Below the pieces are notes generated by a model that was not told the DNA's origin, did no database searches, and was given only the letters and a program-made list of their open reading frames with translations. A DNA stretch of 64,000 nt from a virus: IMG/VR virus record IMGVR_UViG_3300046455_000489, positions 5,909-69,908 of that record, one strand, 5' to 3'. This document shows positions 9,756 through 19,191 of the stretch, piece after piece. Position 1 is the first letter of the stretch. Every line of letters starts with the position of its first letter. The position numbers were made by a program, and so were the translations under genes.

Positions 9756-9991
9756 GCCCCGACCCGAGCCTGCCGCCGGTCGTCGACTGGTTCGTCAACC
9801 TCGTCGCCACCTACGGAGTCCTCCCCGTGATCTTCGTCGGGAGCGGGCTGATCCTCACCGTCTGGACTGGCCTCGGCACCCTCCTCGACCAGGCCGAACG
9901 CCGACGCGAAGAACGCCGCATCCCCCACGCCATCCACCAACTCGAACTCTTCGCCAACGACCCCGACAACCAGCGGAAGGAGAAGCCGTGA
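9752..9991 (+). CDS. Small membrane protein
   Basis: Hydrophobic segment; GGGAGG RBS. Confidence 0.6.
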   Translation: MSPDPSLPPVVDWFVNLVATYGVLPVIFVGSGLILTVWTGLGTLLDQAERRREERRIPHAIHQLELFANDPDNQRKEKP

Positions 9992-10860
9992 CCAGGTCCG
10001 CCATTCCCGCCGAAGCCTTCGAGCACGGCGACCCGCGCCGCTACCGCCGCGGATGCAAGTGCCGCGCCTGCACGGACGGAATCAGCACCGAAGTCCGTCG
10101 GGGCCGCTTCCTGCGCGCAACCGGACGCGGACGATCAACCACGCCCGAGCGCGCCGCACGTCACGTCACCCACCTTCGCAACGCCGGCATGCCCGACAGG
10201 GAGATCATGACCGACGCGCTCATCGGCCAAGACGTGCTGTACCGGATCGTTCGACAGGAAGGAACCATCCACCGCAGCACCGAGATCCGCGTCCTCGCCG
10301 TCAGGCCGCGCGCCACCGAACTCGCAGGCTCCGGCCACCGCATTCCAGGCATCGGAACCGTCCGACGCCTACGCGCACTGGCCGCCGACGGATGGACCGC
10401 CGCCGAGCTCGGCCAACGCTGCGGCAAGCACAAGCAGTTCATCGTCCACCTGCAGAACCAGACCGGCGAGATCACTGTCCGCCGCTGGGTCGCCACCTAC
10501 GTCAACAAGCTCTACACGGAGCTCGCTCACCTCAAGCCGGAGGACAACGGCGTAGCCGCCCACTTCGCGCAGAGGACACGCGACCGGGCCGCCGCAAAGG
10601 GCTGGATGGGCACCGCCTGGTGGGACGACGAGAGCCTCGACGACCCGGACTTCGACCCGGCCGCCGCCCTCGCGGAACCCAGCTTCCTTGACCGGGCGGC
10701 CCTCCGCCGCGAGGAGATCATCCACCTGGCCTGGCACGGCGAGACCCCCGACCAGATCGTCGCTCGACTGGGCGGCGAAATGTCGATCTCCACCGTCCGG
10801 CAGATCGTCCAGGACTGGCGCACCGGCCAGAAGCGCGACCGGAAGCAGGTGGCGGCATGA
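9988..10860 (+). CDS. Phage DNA-binding protein (HG..RY..GCxCxxC plus HTH-like segments)
   Basis: Zn motif; RRLRALAADGWTAAELG; AWWDDESLDDP. Confidence 0.75.
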   Translation: MTRSAIPAEAFEHGDPRRYRRGCKCRACTDGISTEVRRGRFLRATGRGRSTTPERAARHVTHLRNAGMPDREIMTDALIGQDVLYRIVRQEGTIHRSTEIRVLAVRPRATELAGSGHRIPGIGTVRRLRALAADGWTAAELGQRCGKHKQFIVHLQNQTGEITVRRWVATYVNKLYTELAHLKPEDNGVAAHFAQRTRDRAAAKGWMGTAWWDDESLDDPDFDPAAALAEPSFLDRAALRREEIIHLAWHGETPDQIVARLGGEMSISTVRQIVQDWRTGQKRDRKQVAA

Positions 10861-11885
10861 TCCGCCGCCCGCATCTGACGGTTCACGGTTTCGCCGGCAT
10901 CGGCTGGTCCGAGGCGGGCCTGTCCGACGAGGTCGGTCTGGAGCTGGACGCCGCGGCGTGCCTGACCCGCATCAACGCCGGGCACAGCACGATCCGCTGC
11001 GACGTCACCCGGTACCCGACGGCGCCGTTCAAGGGCTACGACGTCGACAAGATCGACTCCCCGCCGTGCCCCGGCTTCGGCAAGTCCGGCAAGAAGCTCG
11101 GACTCCAGGATCTGCCCCGCGTCCACCAGGCCATCGAAGACCTCTCCCGCGGCAAGGACACCCGGACGGCGATCGGCGCCAACTGCTTGGACTGGCGGTC
11201 GGTCCTCACCGCCGAACCCATGCGCTGGCACTACGACCTCCAGCCCCACCGCATCGCCATGGAACAAGTCCCCAGCGTCCTGCCCGTCTGGGAGCAGTAC
11301 GCCGACATCCTCCGCCGGTGGGGCTACAGCACCGCCACCGGAGTCCTCGACGCCGCCGACTACGGGCTCGGCCAGACCCGCAAGCGGGCCGTCCTCATCG
11401 CCAGCCGCGTCGACGACGTCGCCCTCCCGGCACCCACCCACGGCGGCCTCGGCCAGCCCGCACAGACCGCCATGGCCGACGTCATCAGCTGGGGCTACAC
11501 CCAGCGGCCCGCACCGTCCGTCACCGGCGGCGGCACCTACACCGGAGGCGCCGAACCCTTCGGCAACGGCACCCGGCAGGCGATGGCCAAGACCATCGGC
11601 ACCGTCGACGAACGCGGCCGACAGCTGTGGACGGACCGGGGCGTGCCGCTGCGTGAGCCCACCCCGAAGGAAGCCGCCGAGGGCAAGACGCCCCGGCCCA
11701 ACCTCCGCCCCACCGTCGCCGAGTGCGCGAAGCTCCAGGGTTTCCAGCCCGGCCTCGTCTTCTACGGCACCGCCGGCCAGCAGCACCTCATCGTCGGCAA
11801 CGCCGTGCCGGTGCCGCTCGCCGCAGTGGTGCTCGAAGCCGCCGGGATCATCCGGCAGTCGGCGCGACTGGCGGTGGCGGCATGA
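10857..11885 (+). CDS. Orphan DNA cytosine-5 methyltransferase
   Basis: FAGIG (I), SPPC (IV), EQV (VI), QTRKR (VIII), ECAKLQGF (IX), GNAVP (X). Confidence 0.88.
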   Translation: MIRRPHLTVHGFAGIGWSEAGLSDEVGLELDAAACLTRINAGHSTIRCDVTRYPTAPFKGYDVDKIDSPPCPGFGKSGKKLGLQDLPRVHQAIEDLSRGKDTRTAIGANCLDWRSVLTAEPMRWHYDLQPHRIAMEQVPSVLPVWEQYADILRRWGYSTATGVLDAADYGLGQTRKRAVLIASRVDDVALPAPTHGGLGQPAQTAMADVISWGYTQRPAPSVTGGGTYTGGAEPFGNGTRQAMAKTIGTVDERGRQLWTDRGVPLREPTPKEAAEGKTPRPNLRPTVAECAKLQGFQPGLVFYGTAGQQHLIVGNAVPVPLAAVVLEAAGIIRQSARLAVAA

Positions 11886-12073
11886 CCTACAGCTACCGCG
11901 ACGCCGAAGGCGACCGCCTCCAGATCGAGGCCATTCGCAAAGACGGGGAGGCGTTCCTCAGCGTCGACGCCTTTGAACGAAACGGCGCCTGGACCACCGT
12001 CCACATCGCTGTCGAGGACGTCGAGGAACTCATCGCCGGCATCCGCGAGCAAGCGCGTCAGGCCAGCAGCTAG
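11882..12073 (+). CDS. Small hypothetical protein
   Basis: ATGA overlap; MTYSYRDAEGDRLQI. Confidence 0.6.
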   Translation: MTYSYRDAEGDRLQIEAIRKDGEAFLSVDAFERNGAWTTVHIAVEDVEELIAGIREQARQASS

Positions 12074-12088
12074 CCCACGCATGACGAA

Positions 12089-12106
12089 GCCCCGCCGAGG
12101 CGGGGC
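12089..12106. terminator. Hairpin between convergent genes
   Basis: GCCCCGCC-GA-GGCGGGGC. Confidence 0.55.
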
Positions 12107-12128
12107 CGGAGGAGGAGGGGACGTGACG

Positions 12129-12449
12129 TCAGTCGTCGACAGCCAGAGCCGCGGAGTGCAGCGCATCGCGGATGGTGCGGGACTTGGCCTTGTCGTGCGG
12201 CTTGGCGTCGTCTCCCCGGTCCTCGGTCGCCCGGTGGAGCTCGTCGATGATCGCGCGGTCGCGGATGGCCTGCTCGTAGAAGGCCGGCGTCACGACGTAG
12301 ACGCGTCGCTCGCCGCGGTCGGTGAAGGCAGCAGACCGGCCGTCTTCGCGAACGGCGCGGATCAGCCTCGTCAGCGCCGCGCGGGCGCCGGTCATGGAGA
12401 CCTCAGCGGTTCCGTCGTCAGCGATCCGAATGTCCTGGTCAGCAGCCAT
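12129..12449 (-). CDS. Orphan Phd/YefM-like DNA-binding protein, probably leaderless
   Basis: VSMTGARAALTRLIRAVREDGRSAAFTDRGERRVYVV fits the Phd fold pattern; TACACT 6 nt before ATG. Confidence 0.65.
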   Translation of the reverse strand: MAADQDIRIADDGTAEVSMTGARAALTRLIRAVREDGRSAAFTDRGERRVYVVTPAFYEQAIRDRAIIDELHRATEDRGDDAKPHDKAKSRTIRDALHSAALAVDD

Positions 12450-12573
12450 GAACAGAGTGTAAGTCATTTCCAATCCTTCCATTCTTTCCAATCTTTAAAG
12501 TAGTATGGCAGTGGAGGACCGGCCCTGCCAACAAGCCAGCCCTGCAGAGCAGTTGCGACCGAGAGAAGACACC

Positions 12574-13473
12574 GTGGGAATCCGCCTGTTCGTCGAGGTT
12601 CTGGACTACGCGCCAGACACGCTGACCTGGCGCGAGCGGCACGCCCTGAGCGTCCTGGCCGAGAACGCCAACGACGCCACCAGGGAGTGCTGGCCCGGCA
12701 TCGAAGACGATCCGGTCATCGCCCACCGCATGCGCCTGCCCGGTCGGTCGAGCCGGTACGAAGTCATGAAGGCACTGCGCGAGAAGAAGGCCCTCGAAGG
12801 TGTCAGCGCGGGACGCCGAGGCCACCGCGCGGTCTACCGAATCCCCGTCCTCGGCCCCGCAAAGGGTCCGGGAATCCCGGACGCTAACGGCGAGACAGGG
12901 TCCGGGAACCCCGGACATGGCGTCCAGGAAGCCCGGACCCAAACGAACGGACAGCGTCCGGGAACTCCGGACCCTAACCCCGAGAAAGGGTCCGGGAACG
13001 ACAGCGATTGGGTCCGGGAACCACATGGAAAGGGTCCGGGTTTCCCGGACCCCTCCCCCTCAGACTCCTCAGACCCCTCAGCTAGCAAGCAAGAGGGCGA
13101 GGCGGATCAGACCTTCGGCATCCCCGAAGCAGCACGCCCCCTCGTGGACGGCCTCACCGCAGCAGGCGTCATCGTCCGCTGGCCGTTCAAGGACAACGCC
13201 TGGTTCCCGGTCCTGGCCATGATCAGCAAGAGCGGCGTCCCCGCCATGGTCGACCACGCCATGAAGGCCGCCGCACGGACGGACGTTGAGTCCGCGAACT
13301 ATTTCCTCAAGGGCTGGCGCGAACTTCCGCCCATGCCCGGCCCCGACGTCGAGCGCCCCAAGCTCCGCCCGGTCGGCGGCAAGAAGCACACGCCGTACCA
13401 GCCACCCACAGATCACTCCGTCTACGAGAGCGGGTTCCACAGTCATGCCCGACCCCAAGCCTCTGGCGAGTGA
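12574..13473 (+). CDS. Phage replication initiator (lambda-O-like replisome organiser)
   Basis: N-terminal wHTH (LSVLAENANDATRECWPG), central iteron-coded linker, followed by DnaC-like loader. Confidence 0.8.
   Translation: MGIRLFVEVLDYAPDTLTWRERHALSVLAENANDATRECWPGIEDDPVIAHRMRLPGRSSRYEVMKALREKKALEGVSAGRRGHRAVYRIPVLGPAKGPGIPDANGETGSGNPGHGVQEARTQTNGQRPGTPDPNPEKGSGNDSDWVREPHGKGPGFPDPSPSDSSDPSASKQEGEADQTFGIPEAARPLVDGLTAAGVIVRWPFKDNAWFPVLAMISKSGVPAMVDHAMKAAARTDVESANYFLKGWRELPPMPGPDVERPKLRPVGGKKHTPYQPPTDHSVYESGFHSHARPQASGE
12866..13050. repeat. Iteron array (putative lytic ori) inside initiator gene
   Basis: Seven GTCC(G/A)GG units, five as palindromic GTCCRGG-N3-YCCGGAC (12866, 12900, 12922, 12956, 13034; half sites 12990, 13012). 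Confidence 0.75.
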
Positions 13474-14182
13474 GGCCGTCATGCAGCGCATGCAGCAGAT
13501 GCTCGAAGCGCGCGGCCTCGGCCACGTCACCGCCGGCCCCATCGACGACCAGCCCACCCCCGACGAACCCGGCCACCCCGAATACCACCGCCGCCAGCGC
13601 ATCGGTATCGCCGTCAACCGCTGGAAGACAGCCACCCCCTACCGCTATCAGGACGCCACGGCCTCCCACCCCCAGGTGATCGCCTGGGCGGACCGGGCCG
13701 TCGAAGACCCGCGCACCGCCGGGATCCTCTTCCTCACCGGCCCGTTCGGAACCGGGAAGACGCACGAGGCCTACGGCGCACTCCGCCGCATCGCCGAAGC
13801 CGGACCCGACCGCTTCGAACTTGTCGCCCTCACCGCCCCCGACATGTACGCCCTGATGCGCCCCGGCGGCAGCGAGAAGGGGCCCGAGTACGAAGTCAAG
13901 CGGCTCATGCGGATCCCGCTACTCCTCGTCGACGACCTCGGCACCGAGAAGATCAGTGAGTTCACCGAGGAAGCCACCTACCGGCTCCTCAACGAGCGCT
14001 ACAACGAATGCCGCCCGCTGATCATCACCAGCAACCTGCCCGTCGACTCGCGGGACAGGGACGGCGTGAAGCACGGCACCGACCTCCACGACCAGCTCGG
14101 CGCCCGCATCACCTCCCGGCTCGCCCAGACGACCACCGTCGTCGCCATCGGCGGCAACGACCGCCGGCTCGGGGCCGCCTGA
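13445..14182 (+). CDS. DnaC/IstB-like helicase loader ATPase
   Basis: GPFGTGKT, LLVDDLG, IITSN, LGARITSRL. Confidence 0.9.
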   Translation: MPDPKPLASEAVMQRMQQMLEARGLGHVTAGPIDDQPTPDEPGHPEYHRRQRIGIAVNRWKTATPYRYQDATASHPQVIAWADRAVEDPRTAGILFLTGPFGTGKTHEAYGALRRIAEAGPDRFELVALTAPDMYALMRPGGSEKGPEYEVKRLMRIPLLLVDDLGTEKISEFTEEATYRLLNERYNECRPLIITSNLPVDSRDRDGVKHGTDLHDQLGARITSRLAQTTTVVAIGGNDRRLGAA

Positions 14183-14475
14183 TGGACGCCAACGACCCCC
14201 GCATGGCAAGCGTCGACTGCGCCATCGCCCGCGTCGGATACGCCCACGGCCAAACCGGCATCGAGATCGCCGAACAGTGGATCGTCTCCCACGTCGACGC
14301 GATCATCGCCGTCCGCGAAGGCCGAGCCGAGAACCCGATGGCGTTCCCCGGCTACGGCGACGGCACCTCCCAGGAGACCGCCCGCCGAATCGTGGCCCGC
14401 CTTCTTGACGCCGGCTGGCGCCCGCCGGACAGCGAGTGTCTCGACCTTCCGGACACCCCGGAGGCCGCGTCATGA
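14182..14475 (+). CDS. Hypothetical phage protein
   Basis: TGATG overlap; LLDAGWRPP. Confidence 0.7.
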   Translation: MDANDPRMASVDCAIARVGYAHGQTGIEIAEQWIVSHVDAIIAVREGRAENPMAFPGYGDGTSQETARRIVARLLDAGWRPPDSECLDLPDTPEAAS

Positions 14476-14804
14476 GTGATCACCCGATCCCCGACGACGG
14501 CATCCAGATCGATGACGTGAAGGCGGTCCGGCGAGAGGGCCGTGACGAGTTGCGGTCGCTGATGCGGGCGCAGATCGCGATCGGCAAGGCCAGGCGCGAG
14601 CCGGCCGCCAAGCCGGCCCCGTCAAAGCCGCCCGGTCACCGCCCCGGCGCCTGGCCGGTGGGGACCAGCCCGCCGGGACCGCCGCCGGAGTGGCGGATAC
14701 CGAAGCCGATCTGGGACGCGGCCGTCCGCCACTACAGCAACGAAGAACACCGACCCGACGAACCCTGCGACTGCGGCAACTGCCCACCCGAGGGGGCCCG
14801 ATGA
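14472..14804 (+). CDS. Hypothetical phage protein
   Basis: Coupled; PGHRPGAWP and C-terminal CxCxxC. Confidence 0.65.
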   Translation: MSDHPIPDDGIQIDDVKAVRREGRDELRSLMRAQIAIGKARREPAAKPAPSKPPGHRPGAWPVGTSPPGPPPEWRIPKPIWDAAVRHYSNEEHRPDEPCDCGNCPPEGAR

Positions 14805-15073
14805 CGTACCGCCCGTCGGACTACGGCACGGACCGGGCCGCCCGAATGATCGCCCTCGTCCGTAAGCAGCTCACTCCCGCAGAGATCAGCGACCTGATCG
14901 GCACCCGGCATGAGCCGTGGGAGCACGACTGGTACGCGGCCTACGCCCACAACAACCCGCGGCTGATCTCCGGCTCGCTTCTGCGTGACGCCATCGAGGC
15001 CTACATCGACCCCGGCCCCGATCCGCGCGGCAAGTCCGCCTGTACCGAAGACCTCACCAAGGAGACCCGATGA
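14801..15073 (+). CDS. Hypothetical phage protein
   Basis: Coupled ORF. Confidence 0.55.
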   Translation: MTYRPSDYGTDRAARMIALVRKQLTPAEISDLIGTRHEPWEHDWYAAYAHNNPRLISGSLLRDAIEAYIDPGPDPRGKSACTEDLTKETR

Positions 15074-15375
15074 CGATTCACGCCGGTGCCCCGATGCCCG
15101 CCGAGCTCCGCCACTGGATGCGCGCCAAGCAGGACCCCGCCCGCGCCGTCCCGTGCAGCCACTGCGGGGCCGCCGCCCACAAGCCCTGCCGCCTCCGCAC
15201 CACCGGCCGCGTGCTGACCGAGCCGCACCCGCAGCGCCGCTCCGACTGGGCGAAGACCACCGCCTGCTGCCCCGACTGCCAGGTCACCCCCGAAGTCTCC
15301 TGCCACGACGAAGGCCGCGCCCGCAACACCGTCCACGCCCGCCGCTACCAGGAAGCCGAGGCAACCGCCGCATGA
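15070..15375 (+). CDS. Phage zinc-finger protein (two CxxC...C...H units)
   Basis: CSHC..PC..HPQR; CPDC..SC..HARR. Confidence 0.75.
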   Translation: MTIHAGAPMPAELRHWMRAKQDPARAVPCSHCGAAAHKPCRLRTTGRVLTEPHPQRRSDWAKTTACCPDCQVTPEVSCHDEGRARNTVHARRYQEAEATAA

Positions 15376-15707
15376 ACGCCACCCCGATCGAAGCCCGCTG
15401 CGACCACTGCAAGCAGCCCCGCCCGCTGTTCCTGTTCGAGCCGGACCATGGCCACCTCGGCGCCGGAATGTTCACCTGCCGCTGGTGCACGCGCGACAAG
15501 CAGCCGCTGCTCTGCGTCCGCTGCTGGGGCGCCGAGAAGGAGCTCGAAGAGAACGACTCGGCGATCAACGAGGACGCCGCGACGATGGAGAAGATCTGCG
15601 CGACCAACGCCCGCATCGCGGAGCGCGAGGACGCCGAACGCGCACGGCTCCAGCAGGAGTGCGACGGCATCGCGGCTGCCACCGATCGCACGGAGGTCAC
15701 GCCGTGA
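15372..15707 (+). CDS. Cys-rich hypothetical protein
   Basis: Three CxxC motifs; coupled. Confidence 0.65.
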   Translation: MNATPIEARCDHCKQPRPLFLFEPDHGHLGAGMFTCRWCTRDKQPLLCVRCWGAEKELEENDSAINEDAATMEKICATNARIAEREDAERARLQQECDGIAAATDRTEVTP

Positions 15708-15979
15708 AGGTCCGCGCCGACGTCGCCGCCCTGATCCGCCGGGGCCACACCGACTCGTACATCGCCAGCCAGGTCGGCTGTCACCGCACCACCGTTGCCC
15801 GAGCTCGCCGCGCCATGCGGATCCCGCCCGCGCAGATCCTCGGCCACGTGTACGCGGAAGCCGCCCCCACCGGCCGCGTCAAGGACTACCGGCCGGCGCA
15901 CGGCCTCATGCCGCTGGCCCCCGCGCGACAGGCCGCCAACCGGGCCCGGCTGCTCGCCGCGCTCAAGAACGCCGCTTGA
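15704..15979 (+). CDS. HTH protein
   Basis: GHTDSYIASQVGCHRTTVARAR. Confidence 0.7.
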   Translation: MKVRADVAALIRRGHTDSYIASQVGCHRTTVARARRAMRIPPAQILGHVYAEAAPTGRVKDYRPAHGLMPLAPARQAANRARLLAALKNAA

Positions 15980-16081
15980 CCTCGCCCGTTGACCCGCGCC
16001 CGACCCCCGCCGCCTGACCCCCGTCCCGCCACACCCCCGCCACCCACCCACCCCGACACACCGAAAGACGCAGGTCACACC

Positions 16082-16642
16082 ATGACTGCCACCGCCCCAG
16101 CCCCCATCACCGAGGACGAACTCCGCACCTGGCTCACCCAGAAGGTCGGCCCGATCATCAGCGACGACGACCAGGCCGCCCGCCTCCTGATCGCCACATT
16201 CGATCTTGCGGCGAGGGAGGGCGCCAGCCTCAACAACCCGCACCACATCGCGAACTGCATCGCCTCCACGCCTGCTGGAGCCGACAACCCGCCCTGGTCG
16301 CCCGTCGACACCGTTCGGGCCGCGGCCGTGCTGCACGACGCGTACTGGATCACCCGCAAGCCCGCCGACCTGGACCGCCTGTTCGTCGACCTGCCCATGC
16401 CTGTCGTCGTCAGCCGCCACCAGTGCCCGTTCTGCCGCCGTTTCACCCGAGCCGACGCCGCACAGGTCCGCGACCACATGACCCGCTGCTGGCAGAACCC
16501 GGTCCTGCGCTGCTGCAAGACATGCGTCCACCACCAGGACGGCAGCGGCTTCGAGGACGTCGAGTCGTGCACCAACCCGGACGGGCCCGACGAGGACTAC
16601 CGGTTCCCCGTCCTGCACTGCCCGCTGTACGCCGCGCCCTGA
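16082..16642 (+). CDS. Hypothetical protein with C-terminal Zn fingers
   Basis: CPFC...H...C, CKTC. Confidence 0.65.
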   Translation: MTATAPAPITEDELRTWLTQKVGPIISDDDQAARLLIATFDLAAREGASLNNPHHIANCIASTPAGADNPPWSPVDTVRAAAVLHDAYWITRKPADLDRLFVDLPMPVVVSRHQCPFCRRFTRADAAQVRDHMTRCWQNPVLRCCKTCVHHQDGSGFEDVESCTNPDGPDEDYRFPVLHCPLYAAP

Positions 16643-16775
16643 CTGTCTGCCGCGGCTACCCGGACACGGGACACCCGACAGACCCCGCCCACACCACCAC
16701 GCAGGACGGGCCGGCCTCGGTGAAGGAGGCCGGCCCGCACCTCGAACCCTACCGACACCCCGACTTGGAGTCCGC

Positions 16776-17660
16776 ATGACCGACACCACCAACCCGCCCG
16801 CCGACGAGCTGCTGCGCCGTGCCGAGGCGTACCTGTCCGCCCTGCACGGCAGCGTCGCCCGACACGACAACCTCGCCGCGAACTACGGCTGCGCGGGCTG
16901 CGAGTTGCGGGACCAGATCCGTGCCGCCGCCTCGGCCCCGGAGCCTGAGACCACCGGCCCCACCGCGGCGTTGAGCGAGGCCGAGCAGACGATGCTGGCC
17001 TACGCCCTCGACCAAGCGCAGGAACGGATCTGGTCGGAGGGCGGGTTCACGGAGGAGGACCAGGCCGCGGTCGACTCGCTGCGCCACCGCGCTGTGCTGC
17101 CCGCCGACCGGGCCGCGATTGAGCGCGTCCGTTCCGTGCTGGAGTCGGAGGCCGTCGTAGGCCGGAGCGCTCTCGACTACCGGGGGCTGATCACCTCGGC
17201 CCTCATGGCCGACGCCGTGCCCGTGTCCGGCCCGGGTGGTGCGGCCGACGAGACACAGGCCGAGCCCGAGTCCGGCTGTGCGCACTGCGGCGGCCCGCAC
17301 GCCTGGGACGACTGCGAGACGTACACCGCGCTCGTAGCCAGCGAGCGGCAGCCTGAGACGCAGGGCGCGTTGAAGCGCGCGCACGTCGCCCTCGCCGCAC
17401 AGGCAGGCCGCCAGCAGGCCGCGCTCGCCCGCATCGGGCAGATGACCGACCACTGGGAGCAGCACCTGCCCGAGGTGATCCGGACCCCTGCCGTCGTGTC
17501 CGCGATCCGCGCTGCACTGGGGCCCGCCGTCGTGTCCCAGCCCGAGCCTGCCCCGCCCGTCGAGCACTGCATCCACGACCGGGCCGTCCACCGCACCCAC
17601 CACACGACGCCCGTCACCGGATGCCCCTGGTGCACCACAGCGGCCGGCAAGGAGGCCTGA
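16776..17660 (+). CDS. Mosaic hypothetical phage protein
   Basis: GGAG RBS; GC3-rich; several CxxC modules. Confidence 0.65.
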   Translation: MTDTTNPPADELLRRAEAYLSALHGSVARHDNLAANYGCAGCELRDQIRAAASAPEPETTGPTAALSEAEQTMLAYALDQAQERIWSEGGFTEEDQAAVDSLRHRAVLPADRAAIERVRSVLESEAVVGRSALDYRGLITSALMADAVPVSGPGGAADETQAEPESGCAHCGGPHAWDDCETYTALVASERQPETQGALKRAHVALAAQAGRQQAALARIGQMTDHWEQHLPEVIRTPAVVSAIRAALGPAVVSQPEPAPPVEHCIHDRAVHRTHHTTPVTGCPWCTTAAGKEA

Positions 17661-17663
17661 CCC

Positions 17664-17858
17664 ATGGCCGCCGACGCCTACCTGATCATCCTCTGCGACC
17701 ACCCCGACTGCCCGACCCCTGAAGGCCACTACCCGGTGCGGTTCGAGCCCCACACCCACCGCGAACTCCGCCGGCTCCTCAAGCGGGACCGCGGCTGGCG
17801 ACGTACCCGCGACGGCCGCGACCTCTGCCCGCAGCACGCGGCCGGGGCCCCGTCGTGA
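17664..17858 (+). CDS. Small Zn-binding hypothetical protein
   Basis: CDHPDC...GW...DLCPQH. Confidence 0.7.
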   Translation: MAADAYLIILCDHPDCPTPEGHYPVRFEPHTHRELRRLLKRDRGWRRTRDGRDLCPQHAAGAPS

Positions 17859-18124
17859 CCGGCCCCCTGTTCGGTGAGGCGCTCACCGCCTTGTTCGTCA
17901 CCTGCCGCGCCCTCGCCTACTGGATCGCGGCGGGTGCGTTCGCCGCGACGGTGGTGTGCGTCGTCGGGGTGGCGGGCGCGGCGTGGGCGTGGCGACGGGC
18001 GAGAAGGGGCCTGTGCGCCCGTCTGCGGCCCGAAGTCCCGGCGGAGGCCCCTCGCTTGCTCCCGGCCCCGGAGAGGCCCGCAGGCGCCCGCTCCGCCAAC
18101 CCGAGCCCGCACAACGCCGCCTGA
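17855..18124 (+). CDS. Small membrane protein
   Basis: Hydrophobic N-half; coupled. Confidence 0.5.
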   Translation: MTGPLFGEALTALFVTCRALAYWIAAGAFAATVVCVVGVAGAAWAWRRARRGLCARLRPEVPAEAPRLLPAPERPAGARSANPSPHNAA

Positions 18125-18209
18125 GGCGACGGCAGGGGCTCGGACCACCCGAGCCCCACCCGCGCCATCCCGACCCCGCACACGCCCACACAGACCCCAA
18201 GGAGCAGCC

Positions 18210-18617
18210 GTGACCGCCCGCCCCTACCGAATCCTCGTCACCGGAAGCCGCGACTGGCAGGGCATCGGCGTCGTCCGCCGCGCCCTCGCCGAAGTTCTCG
18301 CCATCCTCCCGAACGATCAGCCCCTGGTCGTCGTCCACGGGGACTGCCCGACCGGCGCCGACATCATGGCCAAGGCGTGGGCGCTCACGACCTTCACCCC
18401 GGTCTGCACGGACGACTTCGAGCGCGTCACCGAGGAACCGCATCCCGCCGCCTGGCACGTCCACGGCAACAAGGCCGGTCCGATCCGCAACAAGGCCATG
18501 GTCGACAAGGGCGCCGACGTCTGCCTCGCCTTCATCCGCGGCGGCAGCCGAGGCGCCTCCCACACCGCAGCCCTCGCCGAGCAGGCCGGGATCCCGACAC
18601 GGCGGTGGACCGCATGA
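18210..18617 (+). CDS. SLOG/YspA-like (DUF2493) protein
   Basis: ILVTGSRDW, VVHGDCPTGAD, AGPIRNKAMV, SRGASHT. Confidence 0.85.
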   Translation: MTARPYRILVTGSRDWQGIGVVRRALAEVLAILPNDQPLVVVHGDCPTGADIMAKAWALTTFTPVCTDDFERVTEEPHPAAWHVHGNKAGPIRNKAMVDKGADVCLAFIRGGSRGASHTAALAEQAGIPTRRWTA

Positions 18618-18802
18618 CCGCCCCGCAGACCCCGGTGTACCTGGACCGGGACATCGCCGAGATCCTCGCCCGCTGCTACCCCGGCGAACGCAAACGCGCC
18701 GTCATCGCACGGGCCGTCCGGCTACTCGCCGCAGCCGACGGGCACCTCCGGCCCGACGGGAAACCGAAACTGCCCGGACGGCCGGCGGGGAGGCGGATGT
18801 GA
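18614..18802 (+). CDS. Small hypothetical protein
   Basis: Coupled ORF. Confidence 0.55.
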   Translation: MTAPQTPVYLDRDIAEILARCYPGERKRAVIARAVRLLAAADGHLRPDGKPKLPGRPAGRRM

Positions 18803-19131
18803 CCGGCCGGGACCTCAGCGAGAGGGAGGCCGAAGTGCTGCGCCGGGCCGCGAACGGCGAGACGTACCGGCAGATAGCCAGCGACTGGGGCGTCGAAGAG
18901 ATCACCGTCCGCACGACCGGCGCCCGCGTCCTGCGGAAGCTCGGCGCCAACAACATCGCCCACGCCGTCCACCTCGCCCACCTCGACGGCCTGCTGCGTC
19001 GTGAACGCCACGGCGACCACGCCGGCTACGCCGCCCACATCTACCGAGGCGAGAAAGCCTGCGACGCATGCAAGGCGGGCGAGCGCGACTACCGCAACGA
19101 CCTGCGCCAGCAACGAGGGAAAGCCGCATGA
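18799..19131 (+). CDS. LuxR-type HTH regulator with C-terminal Zn motif
   Basis: LSEREAEVLRRAANGETYRQIA...VLRKLGA; HGDHAGY..H..CDAC. Confidence 0.85.
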   Translation: MTGRDLSEREAEVLRRAANGETYRQIASDWGVEEITVRTTGARVLRKLGANNIAHAVHLAHLDGLLRRERHGDHAGYAAHIYRGEKACDACKAGERDYRNDLRQQRGKAA

Positions 19132-19191
19132 CCGGCCAGACCAAGTACGACCGCCCCTAGCCCAGCCCGCACGCCGCAAGGAGCCACCGCC

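Noticed and set aside
12129-12449. Type II toxin-antitoxin pairs for the two Phd-like genes
   Set aside because: No RelE/ParE, Doc/Fic or PIN toxin motif recognised adjacent to either gene.
12866-13050. Possible mini-CRISPR of palindromic repeats
   Set aside because: Units are 17 bp with 5-17-bp gaps inside a coding frame; consistent with ori iterons.
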